From Ruania alba (GTDB lineage: Bacteria > Actinomycetota > Actinomycetes > Actinomycetales > Beutenbergiaceae): a DNA stretch of 64,000 bases. The notes under the pieces were generated by a model. That model ran no database searches. It was not told the origin of the DNA and saw nothing but the letters and a program-made list of their open reading frames with translations. Where the stretch lies: NCBI RefSeq assembly GCF_900105765.1, contig NZ_FNTX01000001.1, positions 1,086,387-1,150,386 on the forward strand, given 5' to 3'. The number at the start of each line of letters is the position of its first letter. Within the stretch, counting starts at the first letter, position 1. Both the position numbers and the translations under genes were made by a program. Below are positions 34,644 to 44,807 of this stretch, one piece after another.

Positions 34644-36665
34644 GTGAGTGATCCGAACGACGTCACCGCCGGGGAGCGTGCCGACGACTCCGAGCTGCAG
34701 GCGCAGGCGAAGGTCGAGGAACGGCCCCGCCCGGGGGGCGGCCCTGCCGGCGGTCTGGCGATGCCGACCGAGAAGCCCAAGGATCTGCTCGGTGCGGCAC
34801 GCCGGATCGTCGGTGCGCTGCGGACGGACCGCATCTGGGTGCTCGTGGCCGTGCTGCTCGGGGTGGTCGGCACCGTCCTGACCGTGATCGGTCCGAAGAT
34901 GCTCGGCAATGCCACGAACATCATCTTCGACGGTCTCGTCGGCCGCGAGCTCGATCCGCAGATGACGCGGGAGGAATGGATCGACGCGCTCCGTGCGTCT
35001 GGGGAGCACACGCGGGCGGACACCCTCGAGGGGATGCCGAACCTGGTCCCGGGCCAGGGAGTGGACTTCGATCGGCTCGCCGCCAGTCTCGGGATCGTGG
35101 TGGTCGTCTATGCCTGCGCCTTCCTGTTCACCTGGTTGCAGGGGCGCATCACCACCACGGTGGTGCAGCAGGTGGTGTTCCGGCTCCGGGAACAGGTGGA
35201 GACGAAGCTGAACCGCCTCCCGTTGCGCTACTTCGACCGGCAGGCCCGCGGTGAGGTGCTCTCCCGGGTGACCAACGACATCGACAATATCGCCCAGAGC
35301 CTGCAGCAGACGCTCTCCCAGCTGATCACGTCGGTGCTGACCGTCGTCGGAGTGGTCGCCATGATGCTGTGGATCTCCTGGCAGCTCGCTTTGGTGGCGC
35401 TCGTGACCATCCCGCTCTCCGCCGTCGTGGTGGGGCAGATCGCGAAGCGGTCGCAACCCGAGTTCGTGGAGCAGTGGAAGCGCACCGGAACGGTGAACTC
35501 CCACGTGGAGGAGATGTACACCGGGCACGACCTGGTGCGCGTGTTCGGCCACGAGCAGGCGGCGGTGGACACGTTCCAGGAGGAGAACGAGCGGCTCTAC
35601 CGTGCCTCGTTCCGAGCCCAGTTCATCACGGGCACCATCCAACCGGTGATGGGCTGGATCGCGAACCTGGGGTACGTGGCGATCGCCGTGCTCGGAGCGT
35701 TGCGGGTGGCCTCGGGCACCATGTCGCTCGGTGACGTGCAGGCGTTCGTGCAGTATTCCCGGCAGTTCTCCCAGCCGATCACTCAGATCGCGTCGTTGAT
35801 GAACCTCATGCAGTCCGGCGCTGCCTCCGCCGAGCGGGTGTTCGACCTGCTGGACGCCGACGAGGAGGATGCCGACCCGCGTGCTCCCGAGACGCTCGGC
35901 CCCGTCTCCGGGCGGGTGGCGTTCGAGGACGTGTCCTTCTCCTACACGCCCGAGCGCCCGCTGATCGAGGACCTCTCCTTCGTGGCGGAGCCGGGTCAGA
36001 CGATCGCGATCGTGGGGCCGACTGGTGCCGGGAAGACGACACTGGTGAACCTCATCATGCGGTTCTACGAGGTGCAGGGTGGTCGAATCACCTTCGACGG
36101 GACCGATACCCGTCACCTGACCCGGGGCGAGCTGCGGTCCAACATCGGCATGGTGCTGCAGGACACCTGGTTGTTCGGCGGCACCATCGCCGAGAACATC
36201 CGGTACGGCTCGCACCGGGAGGTCAACGACGCCGACCTCGTCGCCGCCGCCGAGGCCACCGGTGTGGACCCGTTCGTACGCACCCTGCCCGACGGGTACG
36301 AGACCCGGATGGACGACGAGGGTACCGATGGGACGGCGGTGAGTGCGGGGGAGAAGCAGCTGCTCACGATCGCCCGCGCGTTCCTCGCCGACCCTGCGAT
36401 CCTCATCCTGGACGAGGCCACCAGCTCGGTGGACACCCGCACCGAGGTGCTCGTCCAGGATGCGATGAACGCGCTGCGCAAGGGCCGGACCAGTTTCGTG
36501 ATCGCGCACCGGCTCTCCACCATCCGCGACGCCGACGTGATCCTGGTGATGGAGTCGGGCGCGATCGTGGAGCAGGGCAATCACGCGGACCTGCTCGCCG
36601 CCGGCGGTGCGTACGCACGCCTGTACCAGGCCCAGTTCGCGGCCGCCGCCGCCGAGGTCGAGTAG
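34644..36665 (+). CDS. ABC exporter, fused TMD-NBD half-transporter (second of the pair)
   Basis: GTG 34644 preceded by aaggagag. GPTGAGKTT, VSAGEKQLLTIARAF, LILDEATSSVD. ORF track 34620 start is read-through of the repeat. Confidence 0.9.
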   Translation: MSDPNDVTAGERADDSELQAQAKVEERPRPGGGPAGGLAMPTEKPKDLLGAARRIVGALRTDRIWVLVAVLLGVVGTVLTVIGPKMLGNATNIIFDGLVGRELDPQMTREEWIDALRASGEHTRADTLEGMPNLVPGQGVDFDRLAASLGIVVVVYACAFLFTWLQGRITTTVVQQVVFRLREQVETKLNRLPLRYFDRQARGEVLSRVTNDIDNIAQSLQQTLSQLITSVLTVVGVVAMMLWISWQLALVALVTIPLSAVVVGQIAKRSQPEFVEQWKRTGTVNSHVEEMYTGHDLVRVFGHEQAAVDTFQEENERLYRASFRAQFITGTIQPVMGWIANLGYVAIAVLGALRVASGTMSLGDVQAFVQYSRQFSQPITQIASLMNLMQSGAASAERVFDLLDADEEDADPRAPETLGPVSGRVAFEDVSFSYTPERPLIEDLSFVAEPGQTIAIVGPTGAGKTTLVNLIMRFYEVQGGRITFDGTDTRHLTRGELRSNIGMVLQDTWLFGGTIAENIRYGSHREVNDADLVAAAEATGVDPFVRTLPDGYETRMDDEGTDGTAVSAGEKQLLTIARAFLADPAILILDEATSSVDTRTEVLVQDAMNALRKGRTSFVIAHRLSTIRDADVILVMESGAIVEQGNHADLLAAGGAYARLYQAQFAAAAAEVE

Positions 36666-36746
36666 TAGCGGCAGCGTCGTGATCGGCGCGGGGCCATCGG
36701 CGTCACTCTTTAGGGTGAGTGAACACAGGCAACATCCGCCTCTGGG

Positions 36747-37958
36747 GTGATCCGTTCTCGCGCCCCGATCTGCCACGATGCTCGTGTGCGCATCGCTGTG
36801 GTCGCCGAGTCGTTCCTTCCGCAGGCCAATGGGGTCACGGTGACCCTGCTGCGGTTGCTGGAGTACCTTGCCGCGAACGGGGACGAGGTGATCGTGCTCG
36901 CGCCCGCGGCGGGCCGTGGCCAGGACTCCGTGAGCGTTTACGCCGGTGCCAGCGTGCGGCGTTTCCGTGCCGTCCCGCTGCCGGGGTACAGCGAGCTGCG
37001 ACTCTCCACACCGCGGGTGCGCACGCTGGAGGAGCACCTGCGGTGTTTCGACGCCGACGTGGTGCACCTGGCGGCGCCGTTCATGCTCGGATGGCAGGCG
37101 ATCGGTGCTGCGCACACCCTGGGCCTGCCCTCGGTCGCGGTCTACCAGACCGAGGTGCCCAGCTACGCCAAACGGTACAAGGTGCGCCAGATCGAACCGC
37201 TGCTGTGGCGCCGGATCGAGGACATCCACAAGAGCGCCACGCTCTCCCTCGCGCCGTCCAGCTACGCCTGCCAACAGCTCATCGACCGCGGCGTGCACCG
37301 GGTCGCCGTGTGGCCGCACGGGGTGGACCGGGAGAGGTTCTCCCCGGTGCATCGTGACGAGGCACTGCGCACGTCGTTGCTCACCGATGGTGAGGTGCTC
37401 GTCGGTTACGTCGGACGCCTGGCACGGGAGAAGCAGGTGGAGGACCTGGCGGTGCTGCAACAGCTGCCGGGCGTGCGGGTGGTCGTGGTCGGTGACGGCC
37501 CGCGGGAGGAGTGGTTGCGTCGTACGCTCCCTGGTGCCGTGTTCACTGGCCGGCTCGACGGCGCTGAGCTGCCCCGGATGATGGCCTCCCTCGACATGTT
37601 CGTGCATACCGGCGAGATGGACACCTTTGCGCAGACGATCCAGGAGGCGCAGGCCTGCGGGGTTCCGGTGATCGCCCCGGCCCGGGGCGGTCCGATCGAC
37701 CTCGTCCAGCACGGCGAGACCGGCTTCCTCTACCAACCCGGCCAGCTCGACGCGATGCGCCAGTACGTCGCCACTCTGGCCGCGAACCCGGTGCGACGGG
37801 CAGAGATGGGCCTGGCGGCGCGGGACTCGACGGCGGAACGCACCTGGGAGGCCGTCAACCACCAGGTCACCGTGCACTACCGGAACGCCATCTCCTTCTC
37901 CGCGCGGGACCGTGCCGCGGGCCACCGTCCGGCCCGCCGCTGGTTGCTCACCCGCTGA
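36747..37958 (+). CDS. GT4 family glycosyltransferase (PimB/MgtA-like mannosyl/glycosyl transferase)
   Basis: GT-B fold with the E-x7-E region FVHTGEMDTFAQTIQEAQACGVPVIA. Alternative GTG start at 36786. Confidence 0.8.
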   Translation: MIRSRAPICHDARVRIAVVAESFLPQANGVTVTLLRLLEYLAANGDEVIVLAPAAGRGQDSVSVYAGASVRRFRAVPLPGYSELRLSTPRVRTLEEHLRCFDADVVHLAAPFMLGWQAIGAAHTLGLPSVAVYQTEVPSYAKRYKVRQIEPLLWRRIEDIHKSATLSLAPSSYACQQLIDRGVHRVAVWPHGVDRERFSPVHRDEALRTSLLTDGEVLVGYVGRLAREKQVEDLAVLQQLPGVRVVVVGDGPREEWLRRTLPGAVFTGRLDGAELPRMMASLDMFVHTGEMDTFAQTIQEAQACGVPVIAPARGGPIDLVQHGETGFLYQPGQLDAMRQYVATLAANPVRRAEMGLAARDSTAERTWEAVNHQVTVHYRNAISFSARDRAAGHRPARRWLLTR

Positions 37959-38017
37959 ATCGTGCGCCCGCCACGGTGGGCGGGCGGTGCGTGGATCCGG
38001 CCCTATAGGGTCTGCTG

Positions 38018-38896
38018 GTGCCTTGTCTCACTCTCACTGCCGACGACCTGAGTGGCGACCTGCTCGCCGACTACACCCGGCTGACCGACGTGGCCCTGCG
38101 CCGTCGGCTGGAGCCTGAGCGCGGGCTGTTCATGGCCGAGTCCTCCACGGTGATCCGGCGCGCAGTGCGGGCGGGCTACCGGCCGCGGTCGTTCCTGATG
38201 GCGCCGCGGTGGCTGCCTGACCTGCAGGACCTGCTGCGTGAGGTGGGCGCCGGCGAGCACGGGGAGATCCCGGTCTACCTCGCCGAGGAGGACCTGCTGC
38301 GCACGATCACCGGCTTCCACCTGCACCGCGGGGCGCTCGCGGCCATGCACCGGCCGGAGCTCCCGCCGGTGGCCGATGTGGTGGATCACACGAAGGTGAA
38401 CGGTTCCAACGTGCGCGAACGACCTTCACCAGCGGCCAACTTACGACGTTCACGTATCGCGATTCTCGACTCCTTGGTCGACCATACGAACGTTGGCGCG
38501 TGTTTTCGCTCGGCTGCAGCCATGGGTGTCGACGCCGTGTTGGTGACACCGCGCTGTGCGGATCCCCTCTATCGCAGAGCCATCCGCGTGTCGATGGGCA
38601 CGGTCTTCCAGGTGCCGTGGACGCGGATCGATCCGTGGCCGAGCGGTGTCGAGCAGCTCAAGGCGGCTGGTTACGTTGTCGCTGGCATGACCCTCGGGGA
38701 CGGCGCGATCACCCTCGACGAACTGGTCGCCGAGGACCATCAGAAGCTGGCTCTGGTGTTCGGGACCGAGGGACACGGGCTTGGGCCGCAGACGGAGAAG
38801 GTACTCGATCGAAGGGTGACGATCCCGATGATGGGCGGCGTCGACTCTCTCAACGTCGCGGCGTCGTCAGCCGTCGCGTTCTACGCGACGCGGTGA
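38018..38896 (+). CDS. SpoU/TrmH family RNA 2'-O-methyltransferase
   Basis: SPOUT motifs ILDSLVDHTNVGACFRSAAAMG and LVFGTEGHGL, VPMMGGVDSLNVAASSAVAFY. Confidence 0.8.
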   Translation: MPCLTLTADDLSGDLLADYTRLTDVALRRRLEPERGLFMAESSTVIRRAVRAGYRPRSFLMAPRWLPDLQDLLREVGAGEHGEIPVYLAEEDLLRTITGFHLHRGALAAMHRPELPPVADVVDHTKVNGSNVRERPSPAANLRRSRIAILDSLVDHTNVGACFRSAAAMGVDAVLVTPRCADPLYRRAIRVSMGTVFQVPWTRIDPWPSGVEQLKAAGYVVAGMTLGDGAITLDELVAEDHQKLALVFGTEGHGLGPQTEKVLDRRVTIPMMGGVDSLNVAASSAVAFYATR

Positions 38897-38942
38897 CAGA
38901 GGCGAAGCCTGGAAGCACTGCCCCTCGATCTCCTGACGAAGC

Positions 38943-39887
38943 TCAGGATTCGAGGCGCTGCACCAAGCCGGCTGCCGCTTCGAGCACGCAGAGCGCCGCC
39001 AGCCGCACGGTGCGGCCGTCGGGGGCGTCCGCAGTTGCGTCCACCTCCGCGATATCGATGCCTCGTACCCGCGCATCGGCGGCGAGTAGCCGGGTGAAGC
39101 GGCGCAGTTCGTACGCCTGGATGCCGCCCGGAATCGACGCGGGGCATCCCGGCGCGACCGAGCGATCGCAGACGTCGACGTCGAGGTCGACGTGGATGGG
39201 TCCACCGCCGCCGCCGGCCACGCACAGCGCTTCGTCCACGATCTCGGTGATCGACCGGTCGTGGAGCTCGTCTCGGTGGATGACCGTGATGCCCAGCTCC
39301 CTCGCGCGCCGCCGGTAGGCGAGCGAGTTGGCGAAGTCGGCGATGCCGATCTGCACAATGCGCCGAGGGTCGAGACCGGCCTCGACGAGACGCCGCACCG
39401 GCGAGCCGTTGCTGCGCCCGTCGCGAAGATCGTGGTGGGCGTCGAGCGTGATGAGGCCGGCTGTGGCGAGTTCGTCGCCGGCCACACCGAGCGCGGCGGG
39501 CACCGTGAGTGCATTGTCGCCGCCCAGCGCCACGACAAGCTCTGCCCGACGGGCGAGATCGGCGATCTGAGCCACAGCCACCCGCTCGCCCGTGTCATTG
39601 TCGGGGTCTGCGACGTCGCCGGCATCGACGATGCGCAATGCCTGGTCGAGGACCGTCTCCGCCTCGGAGCCACGCCTCCCGAAACGTCCCGGGGCGACGA
39701 CGTGACCCGAGTACCGGCGCAGCGTCTCGCGCACTGCTCGAGGCGTCTCGTGCGCCCGGGTCGGGGAGAGTGAGGTGCGAGAGGTCGGGATGCCGATCAA
39801 GGCCAGATCGAACTCCGGGACCTGACCGGCGCCGGGCCATCCGCCTGTCCTGGGCCAATTGGGATCATGTGAAAGGGCAAGCGGCAT
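38943..39887 (-). CDS. hutG: formimidoylglutamase / arginase-family hydrolase (HutG)
   Basis: Arginase-family Mn ligands DAHHDL, HVDLDVDVCD, SIPGG. Hut context. Start taken at ATG 39887 (ORF extends to 39944, which would overlap hutI). Confidence 0.7.
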   Translation of the reverse strand: MPLALSHDPNWPRTGGWPGAGQVPEFDLALIGIPTSRTSLSPTRAHETPRAVRETLRRYSGHVVAPGRFGRRGSEAETVLDQALRIVDAGDVADPDNDTGERVAVAQIADLARRAELVVALGGDNALTVPAALGVAGDELATAGLITLDAHHDLRDGRSNGSPVRRLVEAGLDPRRIVQIGIADFANSLAYRRRARELGITVIHRDELHDRSITEIVDEALCVAGGGGGPIHVDLDVDVCDRSVAPGCPASIPGGIQAYELRRFTRLLAADARVRGIDIAEVDATADAPDGRTVRLAALCVLEAAAGLVQRLES

Positions 39888-39933
39888 GACGTGTGGTCCT
39901 TTCGATCCGAGGCGGTGCGTCGTAGAGCCGATA

Positions 39934-41184
39934 TCAGACGTCACTGCTACTCCATGGAGAGACTACGTACTCGCCCGCTCGCCACGTGGCTACGGTGAGC
40001 GGCATGCCGGGTCGATAGGCGAGGTGCGTCACGGACGGCGCATCGAGTAGCTGTAGGTCGGCGCGCGCACCGGGACGAATCGCTCCGACGGCGGGCTGAG
40101 CGATGCCGCGCGGATCGCACCAGCCGTCCTCGTACATGCCGAGTGCGATCGCGCCGCCCATCGTCGCCGCGCGTACGGCGTCCTGGATCGTGAGCCCCAT
40201 CTGCAACACCGCGGTGGCGACGCAGAACCCCATCGACGATGTGTAGGAGGTTCCTGGATTGCAGTTCGAGGCGATCGCGAGCACCGCGCCGGCGTCGCGC
40301 AGGCGACGAGCCGGCGCCAGTGGCATCCGAGTCGACAGGTCACAGGCGGGTAGCACGGTCGCTACTGTGCCCGGATGCCCTGATCCACCGTCCCAACTCG
40401 ACCACGAATCCGCGATCGCGGCGACGTCGGCGTCGTCCAGGAAGCCGAGATGGTCGACGCTCCTCGCGCCGTACTCGACGGCGAGGAGTGCACCCGGACC
40501 GTGGCCGAGCTGGTTGCCGTGCACGCGGCGCGAGAGCCCTGCGGCGCGAGCCGACGCGAGGACGCGGCGCGATGCCTCCTCGTCGAAGGCGCCGCTCTCG
40601 CAGAAGACGTCCACCGCACTCACGTGTGGCGCGACGGCGTCGAGCATCGGACCGGTCACGAGGTCGAGATACTCTGTCGGATCCTTGCCGGAGGGAATGA
40701 CATGCGCCCCGAGGAAGGTGACCGCGTCCACGTGGCGTCCGGCGATCTCGGCGGCGCGCACCTCATCGGCGACGGTAAGGCCGTACCCCGTCTTCGTCTC
40801 GAGGGTTGTCGTGCCGCCTCGGTTCGCCTCGGCCACGAGCCGCTTGAGATTCGTCTCGAGCTCAGCGTCGGACGCTGCGCGAGTCGCCTCCACGGTCACA
40901 TTGATGCCGCCCGCGGCATATGTCTCGCCCGACATGCGAGCCTCGAACTCGGCCGTTCGATCGCCCGCGAAGATCATGTGCGTGTGCGAGTCGACCCACC
41001 CGGGCAGCACTGCCCGACCCCCGGCGTCGAGGCGTTCGTCGGCGGCGGGGGCGCGGTCGGTGGCGCCGACCCAGGCGATCCGGTCGTCCTCGACGACCAC
41101 GGCGGCGTCGCGGAGGCGCCCGCCGTTCGCTTCGTCGTTCGTCGTGAGCTCACCGATGCTCTCGATCAGCAGGGCGTTCGTCAT
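39934..41184 (-). CDS. hutI: imidazolonepropionase HutI
   Basis: Amidohydrolase fold, DSHTH metal motif, hut context. Confidence 0.9.
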   Translation of the reverse strand: MTNALLIESIGELTTNDEANGGRLRDAAVVVEDDRIAWVGATDRAPAADERLDAGGRAVLPGWVDSHTHMIFAGDRTAEFEARMSGETYAAGGINVTVEATRAASDAELETNLKRLVAEANRGGTTTLETKTGYGLTVADEVRAAEIAGRHVDAVTFLGAHVIPSGKDPTEYLDLVTGPMLDAVAPHVSAVDVFCESGAFDEEASRRVLASARAAGLSRRVHGNQLGHGPGALLAVEYGARSVDHLGFLDDADVAAIADSWSSWDGGSGHPGTVATVLPACDLSTRMPLAPARRLRDAGAVLAIASNCNPGTSYTSSMGFCVATAVLQMGLTIQDAVRAATMGGAIALGMYEDGWCDPRGIAQPAVGAIRPGARADLQLLDAPSVTHLAYRPGMPLTVATWRAGEYVVSPWSSSDV

Positions 41185-41291
41185 GGTCTCCTCCGGGTCG
41201 GCGGTGTGCTGGGCGAACGGCGACGGGATCAGGCCGCGGGCGAAACGGATCCTGCGACCGGTGCGCGCGTGGCGCAGATCGGGGCCTGGTC

Positions 41292-42989
41292 CTAGCCGGT
41301 ATCGCCGGCGTCGCGAACGGTTCCTTGCATCGGCACGCGTACACCGCGCTCGGCTGCGACGTCGACCGCGCGCTGGTAGCCCGCGTCGACGTGGCGGATC
41401 ACGCCCATGCCCGGATCGTTTGTCAGCAGGCGCTGCAGCTTCTCGGCCGCGAGCGGGGTGCCATCGGCCACCGAGACCTGCCCCGAGTGGATGGAGCGGC
41501 CGATGCCGACGCCTCCGCCGTGGTGCAGCGACACCCAGGTAGCGCCCGACGAGGTCGCCGTCAGCGCGTTGAGCAGCGGCCAGTCGGCGATGGCGTCTGA
41601 GCCGTCGGCCATCCCTTCGGTCTCGCGATAGGGCGACGCCACGGATCCCGAGTCGAGGTGATCCCGGCCGATCACGATCGGCGCCTTCAGCCGGCCCTCA
41701 GCCACAAGTTCGTTGAAGCGCATGGCTGCCGTGGCCCGTTCGCCGTAGCCGAGCCAGCAGATACGGGCGGGAAGTCCCTCGAACTCGACACGTTCCTGCG
41801 CGGCACGGATCCAGCGGTGCAGGTGCTCGTTCTCGGGGAAGAGCTCGAGGATGGCCGCGTCGGTCACGCGAATGTCCTCGGGGTCGCCCGAGAGGGCCAC
41901 CCAGCGGAACGGGCCGAGGCCCTCGCAGAAGAGCGGTCGGATGTAGGCGGGTACGAAGCCGGGGAACTCGAAGGCGCGGTGGTAGCCGGCCTGACGGGCT
42001 TCGTCGCGGATCGAGTTGCCGTAGTCGAAGACCTCCGCGCCAGCGTCTTGGAACTCCACCATTGCTCTGACCTGAGCCGCCATGGCATCGCGGGCGTCCC
42101 GCGTGAAGCCCTCAGGGTCAGCAGCCGCGCGAGCCTGCCACTCCGCGACGGTGTAGCCGGTGGGCAGGTAGCTGAGCGGGTCGTGCGCCGAGGTCTGGTC
42201 GGTCACGATGTCGATCGTGATCTCGCCTGCGCGGTGGCGGCGCAGGATCTCGGGGAACACCTCGGCCGCATTGCCCACGAGGCCGATCGACCAGCCGGTC
42301 CCCTCGTCCTTGGCTCGCTGCGCTCTGGCGAGCGCCTCATCGAGGTTGGAGACGACTTCATCGAGGTAGCGCTTGCCGGCGCGGCGGTGCAATCGGCTCT
42401 CGTCGACGTCGACGATGAGGCAGGCGCCATCGTTGAGGGTGACGGCGAGAGGCTGTGCGCCGCCCATGCCGCCGCAGCCGCCGGTGAGCGTGATCGTGCC
42501 TGCGAGGGATCCTCCGAACCGCTTGCGGCCGATCGCGGCGAAGGTCTCGAAGGTGCCCTGCAGGATGCCCTGGGTGCCGATGTAGATCCATGATCCGGCG
42601 GTCATCTGGCCGTACATGGTGAGTCCTGCGGCCTCGAGCCGGCGGAACTCGGGCCAGGTCGCCCAGTCGCCCACGAGGTTGGAGTTGGCGATTAGCACGC
42701 GCGGTGCCCAGACGTTCGTGCGGAAGACACCGACCGGTTTGCCCGACTGCACGAGCAGGGTCTCGTCCTCTTCGAGAGTGCGGAGGGTCTCGACGATCGC
42801 GTCGAACGCCTTCCAGCTGCGCGCCGCGCGGCCGGTGCCACCGTAGACGACGAGGTCGTCCGGGCGTTCGGCGACCTCGGGGTCGAGGTTGTTCATGAGC
42901 ATGCGCAGCGGAGCCTCCGTCTGCCAGCTTTTCGCGGAGAGCTCCGTGCCGCGGGGTGAACGGACGGGGCGCGCGCCGGGGAGGGCCAT
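41292..42989 (-). CDS. hutU: urocanate hydratase HutU
   Basis: [15 protein letters not shown]...GTGRAARSW urocanase N-terminus, NAD-binding [11 protein letters not shown]. Confidence 0.95.
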   Translation of the reverse strand: MALPGARPVRSPRGTELSAKSWQTEAPLRMLMNNLDPEVAERPDDLVVYGGTGRAARSWKAFDAIVETLRTLEEDETLLVQSGKPVGVFRTNVWAPRVLIANSNLVGDWATWPEFRRLEAAGLTMYGQMTAGSWIYIGTQGILQGTFETFAAIGRKRFGGSLAGTITLTGGCGGMGGAQPLAVTLNDGACLIVDVDESRLHRRAGKRYLDEVVSNLDEALARAQRAKDEGTGWSIGLVGNAAEVFPEILRRHRAGEITIDIVTDQTSAHDPLSYLPTGYTVAEWQARAAADPEGFTRDARDAMAAQVRAMVEFQDAGAEVFDYGNSIRDEARQAGYHRAFEFPGFVPAYIRPLFCEGLGPFRWVALSGDPEDIRVTDAAILELFPENEHLHRWIRAAQERVEFEGLPARICWLGYGERATAAMRFNELVAEGRLKAPIVIGRDHLDSGSVASPYRETEGMADGSDAIADWPLLNALTATSSGATWVSLHHGGGVGIGRSIHSGQVSVADGTPLAAEKLQRLLTNDPGMGVIRHVDAGYQRAVDVAAERGVRVPMQGTVRDAGDTG

Positions 42990-43043
42990 CGGGATCCTTT
43001 CGCTGGGTTCCGCCTGGTCGAGGCGGGGCCGGTAACTTCTATC

Positions 43044-43057
43044 TCAGCACGTGCTGA
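43044..43057. promoter_or_regulatory. 14-bp perfect palindrome TCAGCACGTGCTGA between hutH and hutU
   Basis: Seen directly, about 55 bp upstream of the hutU start. Confidence 0.3.
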
Positions 43058-43126
43058 CCACCCGAACAACGGGACTCTGCGCCATCGTGTCCGGATCTAT
43101 GAGGGAGTGCGGTCGCCGCGAGCCGA

Positions 43127-44701
43127 TCAGTCGAGCGGGCCGACGGCCTCCTCCGCAGCGGAGAGGATCGTCCCGGCGCAGACCATCTCCACCGCGCGTT
43201 CGATATCGGGGGAGAGGTACCGGTCCTCGCCCACGCCGGCGACCTCGGCTCGCAACGCCGCCACGACGGCGGCGGTGGCCGGTGCCGCGGCCAGAGGCGC
43301 GCGGAGATCCAATCCGCGTGCGGCCGCCATCACCTCGATGCCGATGACCCGCTGAAGCGCGTCGATCGCCCGGCGCAGCTTGCGGGCGGCGGACCAGCCC
43401 ATCGAGACATGGTCTTCCTGCATGGCGGAGGACGGGATCGAATCGACGCTTGCGGGGGACGCGAGCCGCTTCAGTTCGCTCACCATGGCCGCCTGCGTGT
43501 ATTGGGCGATCATCAGCCCGGAATCTACGCCCGGCGTCGCGGCGAGGAAGGCGGGAAGGCCGTTGGATCGGCTGGGATCCAGGAGGCGATCGGTGCGCCG
43601 TTCGCTGATCGAGGCGAGGTCCGCCGTCGCGATGGCCAGGAAGTCGAGGACGTAGCCGACCGGTGCTCCGTGGAAATTGCCATTGCTCTCGATCCGCCCG
43701 TCCGGCAGCACGACAGGGTTGTCCACAGCACTGGCTAGCTCGATGTCGGCGATGCCGGTCGCGTGAGCGATGGTGCTGCGCACGGCACCGGCAACCTGTG
43801 GTGCGCACCGCAGCGAGTATGCGTCCTGGACCACGCTGCAGTCCTCTCCGCGATGGCTGGCGACGATCTCCGAACCGGCCAGAAGCCTGGTGAGGTTCGC
43901 GGCGCTGGCGGCCTGCCCAGGATGCGGCCGCACGGCCTGCAGATCGGCGGTGAACACCCGATCTGTCCCGAGCAGAGCCTCCACGCTCATCGCCGCGGCC
44001 ACATCCGCCGTGCGCACCGCCCGGTTCAGGTCGTGGACCGCGAGTGTGAGCATGCCGAGCATCCCGTCGGTGCCGTTGATCAGCGCGAGCCCCTCCTTCG
44101 CTGCGAGGGTGAGTGGGCCGAATCCGAGCTCGGCGAGCACCTCGCCGCTCGGGCGGACGATCCCGCGCTCATCGCGCACCTCACCATCACCGATGGCCGC
44201 GAGGGCGCAGTGCGCCAGAGGGGCGAGGTCTCCAGAGCATCCGAGAGAGCCGAACTCGAACACCACGGGAGTGGCGTCCGAGTTGAGGAGGGCTACGTAA
44301 CGGTCGGCGACCTCCGCGCGGACACCGGTGCGACCGGTGGTGAAGGTCTGCAGGCGGAGCAGCATGAGCGCACGTACGACCTCCGCCTCGACCTCCGGTC
44401 CGGATCCGGCGGCGTGCGACCGAATCAGCCCGGTCTGCAGCCGCTCCCGCGACTCGACGTCGATCTTGCGGGTCGCGAGGGCACCGAACCCGGTGGAGAC
44501 CCCGTAGATGGCTCGATCGGACCTCGCGTGATCGTCGACGATGCTGCGTGCGGCGCGCATGGCGATCCGTGCGTCCTCGGAGATCTGAACGCCGGCCCGG
44601 TACCGGGCGACGGCGACGACCTGGTCGATGCTCAGGGGCGCGTCCCCGACCGTGACCGTCGACGCTGCGAGGTCGACTGCTGAGTTGGGCGCTTGATTCA
44701 T
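43127..44701 (-). CDS. hutH: histidine ammonia-lyase HutH
   Basis: ASG triad for the MIO cofactor in GSLGCSGDLAPLAH. Start ATG 44701 (ORF extends to 44758). Confidence 0.95.
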   Translation of the reverse strand: MNQAPNSAVDLAASTVTVGDAPLSIDQVVAVARYRAGVQISEDARIAMRAARSIVDDHARSDRAIYGVSTGFGALATRKIDVESRERLQTGLIRSHAAGSGPEVEAEVVRALMLLRLQTFTTGRTGVRAEVADRYVALLNSDATPVVFEFGSLGCSGDLAPLAHCALAAIGDGEVRDERGIVRPSGEVLAELGFGPLTLAAKEGLALINGTDGMLGMLTLAVHDLNRAVRTADVAAAMSVEALLGTDRVFTADLQAVRPHPGQAASAANLTRLLAGSEIVASHRGEDCSVVQDAYSLRCAPQVAGAVRSTIAHATGIADIELASAVDNPVVLPDGRIESNGNFHGAPVGYVLDFLAIATADLASISERRTDRLLDPSRSNGLPAFLAATPGVDSGLMIAQYTQAAMVSELKRLASPASVDSIPSSAMQEDHVSMGWSAARKLRRAIDALQRVIGIEVMAAARGLDLRAPLAAAPATAAVVAALRAEVAGVGEDRYLSPDIERAVEMVCAGTILSAAEEAVGPLD

Positions 44702-44807
44702 GCTCCTCCTTCGAAGGGACAGCGACGTTCTGACGTGGGCGGGCGGAAGGGTGCACATCGTCGGTGCGCAGTCATGGCCCTGCGGGTCGGTGGCCGCGGT
44801 CGCGCGG

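Noticed and set aside
34466-34647. Interpreting the duplicated 30-aa ORF (two Cys) as a RiPP/bacteriocin precursor exported by the flanking ABC transporters
   Set aside because: Codon usage is poor for this genome. There is no leader/core architecture and no modification enzymes. The flanking transporters lack peptidase domains. Kept only as a possible coupling ORF.
32304-37925. 1873-aa ORF on the minus strand spanning both ABC exporter genes and the glycosyltransferase
   Set aside because: Antisense to three well-supported genes. Arg/Gly/His-rich low-complexity translation. An artefact of rare stop codons in high-GC DNA.
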